This document shows, piece by piece, positions 60,337-64,000 of a stretch of DNA of 64,000 nt; the stretch's first letter is position 1, and every line of letters starts with the position of its first letter. The stretch is from an uncultured Sutterella sp. (GTDB lineage Bacteria; Pseudomonadota; Gammaproteobacteria; Burkholderiales; Burkholderiaceae_F): positions 14,829-78,828 of the forward strand of contig CAMAHM010000002.1 in assembly GCA_945834535.1 (NCBI GenBank). The letters run 5' to 3'. The notes beneath the pieces were generated by a model. The model was not told the origin of the DNA, did no database searches, and saw only the letters and a list, made by a program, of their open reading frames with translations. Made by a program: the position numbers and the translations under genes.

Positions 60337-60340
60337 GGCG

Positions 60341-60967
60341 TTAAAAGAGCGAGTCGCCCTCTTCTTCGCGCAGCTTGACCATGCGCTCGACGTAACGGGC
60401 GATGGTGTCGACTTCAAGGTTGACCCAGCTCTGCGCCTTGAGATTCTTGAGAGTCGTCACCTGCATCGTGTGCGGGATGAGGTTGATCGACACAAGAGCT
60501 CCCATGGCGGTGTCTTCCACCTCGTTGATCGTGAGCGACACACCGTTCACGGCAATCGAGCCCTTGTAGGCGAGGTAGGGCGAAAGCTTCAGAGGAGCGC
60601 GGATCACAAGCTTGTAGCTTTCAGCAACCTGCGTCATGGACTCCACGGAACCCACACCGTCCACATGCCCGCTCACAAGGTGTCCGTCGACGCGGTCCCC
60701 CAGTCGCATGGCCTTTTCCAGATTGACTTCGCCGAAGGTGTCCAAACCGCTCGTCTTGGAAAGGCTTTCGGCGCTCACGTCGATCTGAAAGCTGTTGCCT
60801 TCGATCTTGGTAACGGTCATGCAGGCGCCGTTGACGGCGATCGAGTCGCCCACGCGGACTTCTTCAAGATGAAATTCTTCGGGCGTGACAATCGTCAGAC
60901 GCACACCGTCGCCGAGCTTTTCGGGTTCGCGAACTTTCCCGACGGCCTGAACAATACCGGTAAACAT
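60341..60967 (-). CDS. ribE: riboflavin synthase (alpha chain)
   Basis: Trimmed to ATG 60967: MFTGIVQAVGKV..., internal repeat with GDSIAVNGACMTV / GSIAVNGVSLTI, and GHVDG. Confidence 0.93.
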   Translation of the reverse strand: MFTGIVQAVGKVREPEKLGDGVRLTIVTPEEFHLEEVRVGDSIAVNGACMTVTKIEGNSFQIDVSAESLSKTSGLDTFGEVNLEKAMRLGDRVDGHLVSGHVDGVGSVESMTQVAESYKLVIRAPLKLSPYLAYKGSIAVNGVSLTINEVEDTAMGALVSINLIPHTMQVTTLKNLKAQSWVNLEVDTIARYVERMVKLREEEGDSLF

Positions 60968-61079
60968 TTTGGGTTGATTCCTTTGCAAGACGCTTTGACG
61001 ACGATGCCCCTAAGGCCCCGCCGCAAGTCGTGATTAAAAATTTCAGCGCTTATTTTAAGGCCTCAGGTTCAGGACTCCG

Positions 61080-62192
61080 TCAGACCGTTTTGCGCAGCAC
61101 GATACGCAGGTCTTCGCCCACGGGCAAGACCTCGTGAAAGTGCCAACGAAAAATCTCGTCCATAGTCCGAAATTCAGGCAGATTGGCCCAGCCCGGGCCG
61201 CGCCCGATCATGGCCGGAGCCGCGTAGCAGACGATCTCGTCCACCAGCCCGGCAGCAAGAAGCCCGCCGTTCAAGCCCGCGCCCGCCTCCACGTGCAGTT
61301 CGTTGACGGCGTCGTCGCCGATCGCTTTTACGGCCGAAGCAAGTTCAATATGCCCGTTGGCATTTAAGGGCAACGCCACCACGCGGGCGCCCGCGTTTTC
61401 CAGAGCGCGCACATCCGCGTCCCAGGCATCGGTCCCCACGAACACCGTGGCGGGAGCTCCTTGGAGAATGCGGGCCGTGACGGGCGTGCGGGCCCGCGTG
61501 TCAAAGATGTACTTGGCAGGACTCGGCAGCGAAGCGTCGCAACGCACATTCATCTGCGGGTCATCGGCAAGCACCGTACCGATGCCGGTCAGAAGGCCCT
61601 GAGCGCGGGCGCGCAACCTCTGCCCGTCTTCACGCGCCGAAGGGCCCGTAATCCACTGACTGAGCCCGTTGGCAAGTGCGGTACGACCGTCCAGGCTTGC
61701 CGCCACCTTCATGCGCACCCACGGCAACCCCGTCTTCATGCGCGTCAGAAACCCGATGTTCGATTCAAAGCACTCTTTTTCAAGCACCCCCGTGAGCACT
61801 TCGACACCGGCTTCGCGCAGCATCGCTACGCCCCTGCCGGCCACAAGCGGATTGGGGTCGAGCACCCCCACCACGACGCGGCGGATTTTTTCCTTGATAA
61901 GACGCAGCGCACAGGGAGGGGTTCTGCCGTAATGCGAACAGGGTTCAAGCGTCACGTAGGCCGTGGCACCCTCTACCGAGATCCCGGCGGCAAGGGCATT
62001 TTCGATAGCGTCGACTTCGGCGTGTCTTGAGCCCGGCGCGTGGGTGTGGCCGCGCGCGATGATTTGCCCGTCGCGCACCAACACACAACCGACAGCAGGA
62101 TTGGGAGGGGCGATGTAGCGGCCCTTGCGCGCTTCTTCGAGCGCCATACGCATCAGAGACTCGTCGTGGCGCAAAACTTCAGCGTTACTCAC
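61080..62192 (-). CDS. ribD: bifunctional diaminohydroxyphosphoribosylaminopyrimidine deaminase / 5-amino-6-(5-phosphoribosylamino)uracil reductase
   Basis: Deaminase zinc motifs HAEVDAI and PCSHYGRTPPC, plus a C-terminal reductase domain. GTG 62192 forms a GTGA overlap with the nrdR stop. Confidence 0.93.
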   Translation of the reverse strand: MSNAEVLRHDESLMRMALEEARKGRYIAPPNPAVGCVLVRDGQIIARGHTHAPGSRHAEVDAIENALAAGISVEGATAYVTLEPCSHYGRTPPCALRLIKEKIRRVVVGVLDPNPLVAGRGVAMLREAGVEVLTGVLEKECFESNIGFLTRMKTGLPWVRMKVAASLDGRTALANGLSQWITGPSAREDGQRLRARAQGLLTGIGTVLADDPQMNVRCDASLPSPAKYIFDTRARTPVTARILQGAPATVFVGTDAWDADVRALENAGARVVALPLNANGHIELASAVKAIGDDAVNELHVEAGAGLNGGLLAAGLVDEIVCYAAPAMIGRGPGWANLPEFRTMDEIFRWHFHEVLPVGEDLRIVLRKTV

Positions 62193-62710
62193 GATCCGTT
62201 CCCCGACTTCAAAGCAGCAAGCACCGAACGGCTCTTTGCGGTGGCCTTGCCGGTTTTTGCCGGATCAATCAGGCCCTTGATGAACTGCTCGAACGCGGCG
62301 GGGCTGTCCAAACTCAGGTACACGCTCGCAAAGCGCACGTAGGCAATAAGGTCGAGCTTTTTGAGCTCGCGCAGCACGAGTTCGCCCACCTTTGAGGAAG
62401 GCACCTCGCGCTCGCCCAGGGTACGCAGTTCGTGCTCGATGCCGCCGATGGCCTCTTCGAGGCGTTCGTTGGTAACGGGGCGCTTACGCAGGGCAAGCTT
62501 CATCGAAGCACGTACCTTGTCGCGGTCGTATTCGCGCTTGTCGCCCGTTCGCTTGATGATGAAGGGCATGTTGAGCTCCACCCGCTCGAAGGTCGTAAAG
62601 CGCTTGCCGCACTGTGCGCAGCTGCGGCGCCGTCGGATCGAAAAGCCGTCCTGACTGGCACGAGAATCGATGACCGCCGTATCGAGGCCTTGGCAGAAGG
62701 GACAACGCAT
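62189..62710 (-). CDS. nrdR: transcriptional repressor NrdR
   Basis: MRCPFCQGLDTAVIDSR...CAQCGKRFTTFE zinc ribbon plus ATP-cone; 173 aa. Confidence 0.95.
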   Translation of the reverse strand: MRCPFCQGLDTAVIDSRASQDGFSIRRRRSCAQCGKRFTTFERVELNMPFIIKRTGDKREYDRDKVRASMKLALRKRPVTNERLEEAIGGIEHELRTLGEREVPSSKVGELVLRELKKLDLIAYVRFASVYLSLDSPAAFEQFIKGLIDPAKTGKATAKSRSVLAALKSGNGS

Positions 62711-62785
62711 GAGGGAGCTCTCCTAGAGTCAACAACGGCGCCGAGGCACTGCGAGTGATGCGCCCGACGCCGCAAACTGGTTCAG

Positions 62786-64000
62786 TTAGAGACGGTACAC
62801 CGGAAAGAGTGCCGTCAGGGCATCGACCTCGCGGCGCACGCGCTCAAGGACAGTTGCGTCTTCAGGCGCGTCGAGCAGATCGGCAATGAGGTCGGCCGTC
62901 TTGCGCATCTCGTTTTCCTTAAAGCCGCGCGTGGTCATGGCGGGCGAGCCCAAACGAATACCCGACGTCACGAAGGGCTTTTCGGGATCGTTGTGAATCG
63001 CATTTTTGTTGACCGTGATGTGCGCGGCGCCGAGCAGCGCCTCGGCGGCCTTGCCGGTGATGTGCTTGGGCCGCAGGTCCACGAGCATAACGTGGCTTTC
63101 GGTACCGCCCGAGACGATGCGCAGACCGCGCTTTTCGAGCTGGTCGGCAAGGGCCTGAGCGTTCTTGAGCATCTGCCGGCCGTAGTCGGCAAATTCAGGC
63201 TTGAGAGCTTCGCCGAAGGCAACGGCCTTGGCAGCGATCACGTGCATCAGAGGCCCGCCCTGCATGCCCGGGAAAACGGCCGAATTAATGGCCTTTTCAA
63301 GTTCGGGCTTGGCGAAGATGACGCCGCCGCGCGGACCGCGCAGGCTCTTGTGCGTGGTGGTCGTCACGATGTCGGCGTGGCCGAACGGGCTCGGGTAGGC
63401 GCCCGCGGCCACAAGACCCGCGTAGTGCGCCATGTCGACCATCAGGAGTGCGCCGACGCTGTGAGCGATCTGGGCAAAGCGGGCAAAATCGATTTTGAGC
63501 GAGTAGGCCGAAGCACCGGCGATGATGAGCTTGGGCTTATTTTCCTGCGCAAGGCGCTCGACTTCGTCGTAGTCGATGGCTTCGGTTTCATCATTGAGGC
63601 CGTAGCTCACGATGTTGAAGTACTTGCCCGAGAAGTTGAGATGCATGCCGTGCGAAAGATGGCCGCCGTCGGCCAAGCTCATGCCCATGACGGTGTCGCC
63701 GGGCTTTAAAACAGCCATGAAGACCGCCGCATTGGCCTGTGCGCCCGAGTGCGGCTGCACGTTGACCATCATTTCCACGCCCGCGGGCTCGCAAAAGAGC
63801 TTCTTGGCGCGTTCGATGGCGATGCGCTCGACGATGTCGACGTACTGGCAGCCGCCGTAGTAGCGCTTGCCGGGGTAGCCCTCGGCGTACTTGTTGGTGA
63901 GCTGACTGCCCTGCGCCTGCATGACGGCCGGGGAAGCATAGTTTTCACTGGCGATAAGCTCGATATGCTGCTCCTGGCGCTGCATTTCGCTTGCAACCGC
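62786..64000 (-). CDS. glyA: serine hydroxymethyltransferase (5' end beyond the window)
   Basis: ...[12 protein letters not shown]..., PLP-Lys context [14 protein letters not shown]. The frame stays open upstream of the track's internal Met to position 64000, so the true start is outside the window. Confidence 0.95.
   Translation of the reverse strand, partial: AVASEMQRQEQHIELIASENYASPAVMQAQGSQLTNKYAEGYPGKRYYGGCQYVDIVERIAIERAKKLFCEPAGVEMMVNVQPHSGAQANAAVFMAVLKPGDTVMGMSLADGGHLSHGMHLNFSGKYFNIVSYGLNDETEAIDYDEVERLAQENKPKLIIAGASAYSLKIDFARFAQIAHSVGALLMVDMAHYAGLVAAGAYPSPFGHADIVTTTTHKSLRGPRGGVIFAKPELEKAINSAVFPGMQGGPLMHVIAAKAVAFGEALKPEFADYGRQMLKNAQALADQLEKRGLRIVSGGTESHVMLVDLRPKHITGKAAEALLGAAHITVNKNAIHNDPEKPFVTSGIRLGSPAMTTRGFKENEMRKTADLIADLLDAPEDATVLERVRREVDALTALFPVYRL

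Overview
GC-rich bacterial chromosomal window with about 55 protein genes, one RNase P RNA (not in the ORF track, found by eye) and no tRNA or rRNA. Most long extra ORFs in the track are antisense shadows typical of GC-rich DNA. The track also uses TTG/GTG starts, so many N-termini were trimmed to ATG starts that fit homologues, ribosome-binding sites (RBS) or stop/start overlaps.

Gene order looks like a betaproteobacterial core genome:
- uvrA opposite MFS-ssb
- tyrS-dtd opposite M23 peptidase-anmK
- groESL behind a textbook sigma32 promoter
- glyA-nrdR-ribD-ribE ... ribH-nusB / thiL-pgpA-pncC

The energy-metabolism genes suggest an anaerobic or microaerophilic lifestyle:
- Wolinella-type dihaem FrdC
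- [FeFe]-hydrogenase fused to rubrerythrin
- ADP-forming acetyl-CoA synthetase
- Tat-exported Psr/Phs-like molybdoenzyme with a TtrSR-like two-component system

A Sutterellaceae-like Burkholderiales host is my guess only. The window is rich in exporters: a split MacAB-type tripartite pump, three DMT/EamA genes, two tandem LysE genes, SulP, DASS, MFS and CorC.

I see no CRISPR array, transposase, integrase, phage, toxin-antitoxin or recognisable defence genes, and I do not claim a new system. The observations most worth a second look are:
- the monocistronic hydrogenase-rubrerythrin fusion
- the Ttr-type regulators beside a Psr/Phs-organised molybdoenzyme with a structured leader
- an orphan frdC next to a DASS carrier
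- a compact rnpB that abuts a transporter gene with no terminator
- a remodelled riboflavin cluster (OYE plus an orphan membrane gene where ribBA is expected)
- a U32 protein with the Fe-S hydroxylase Cys motif
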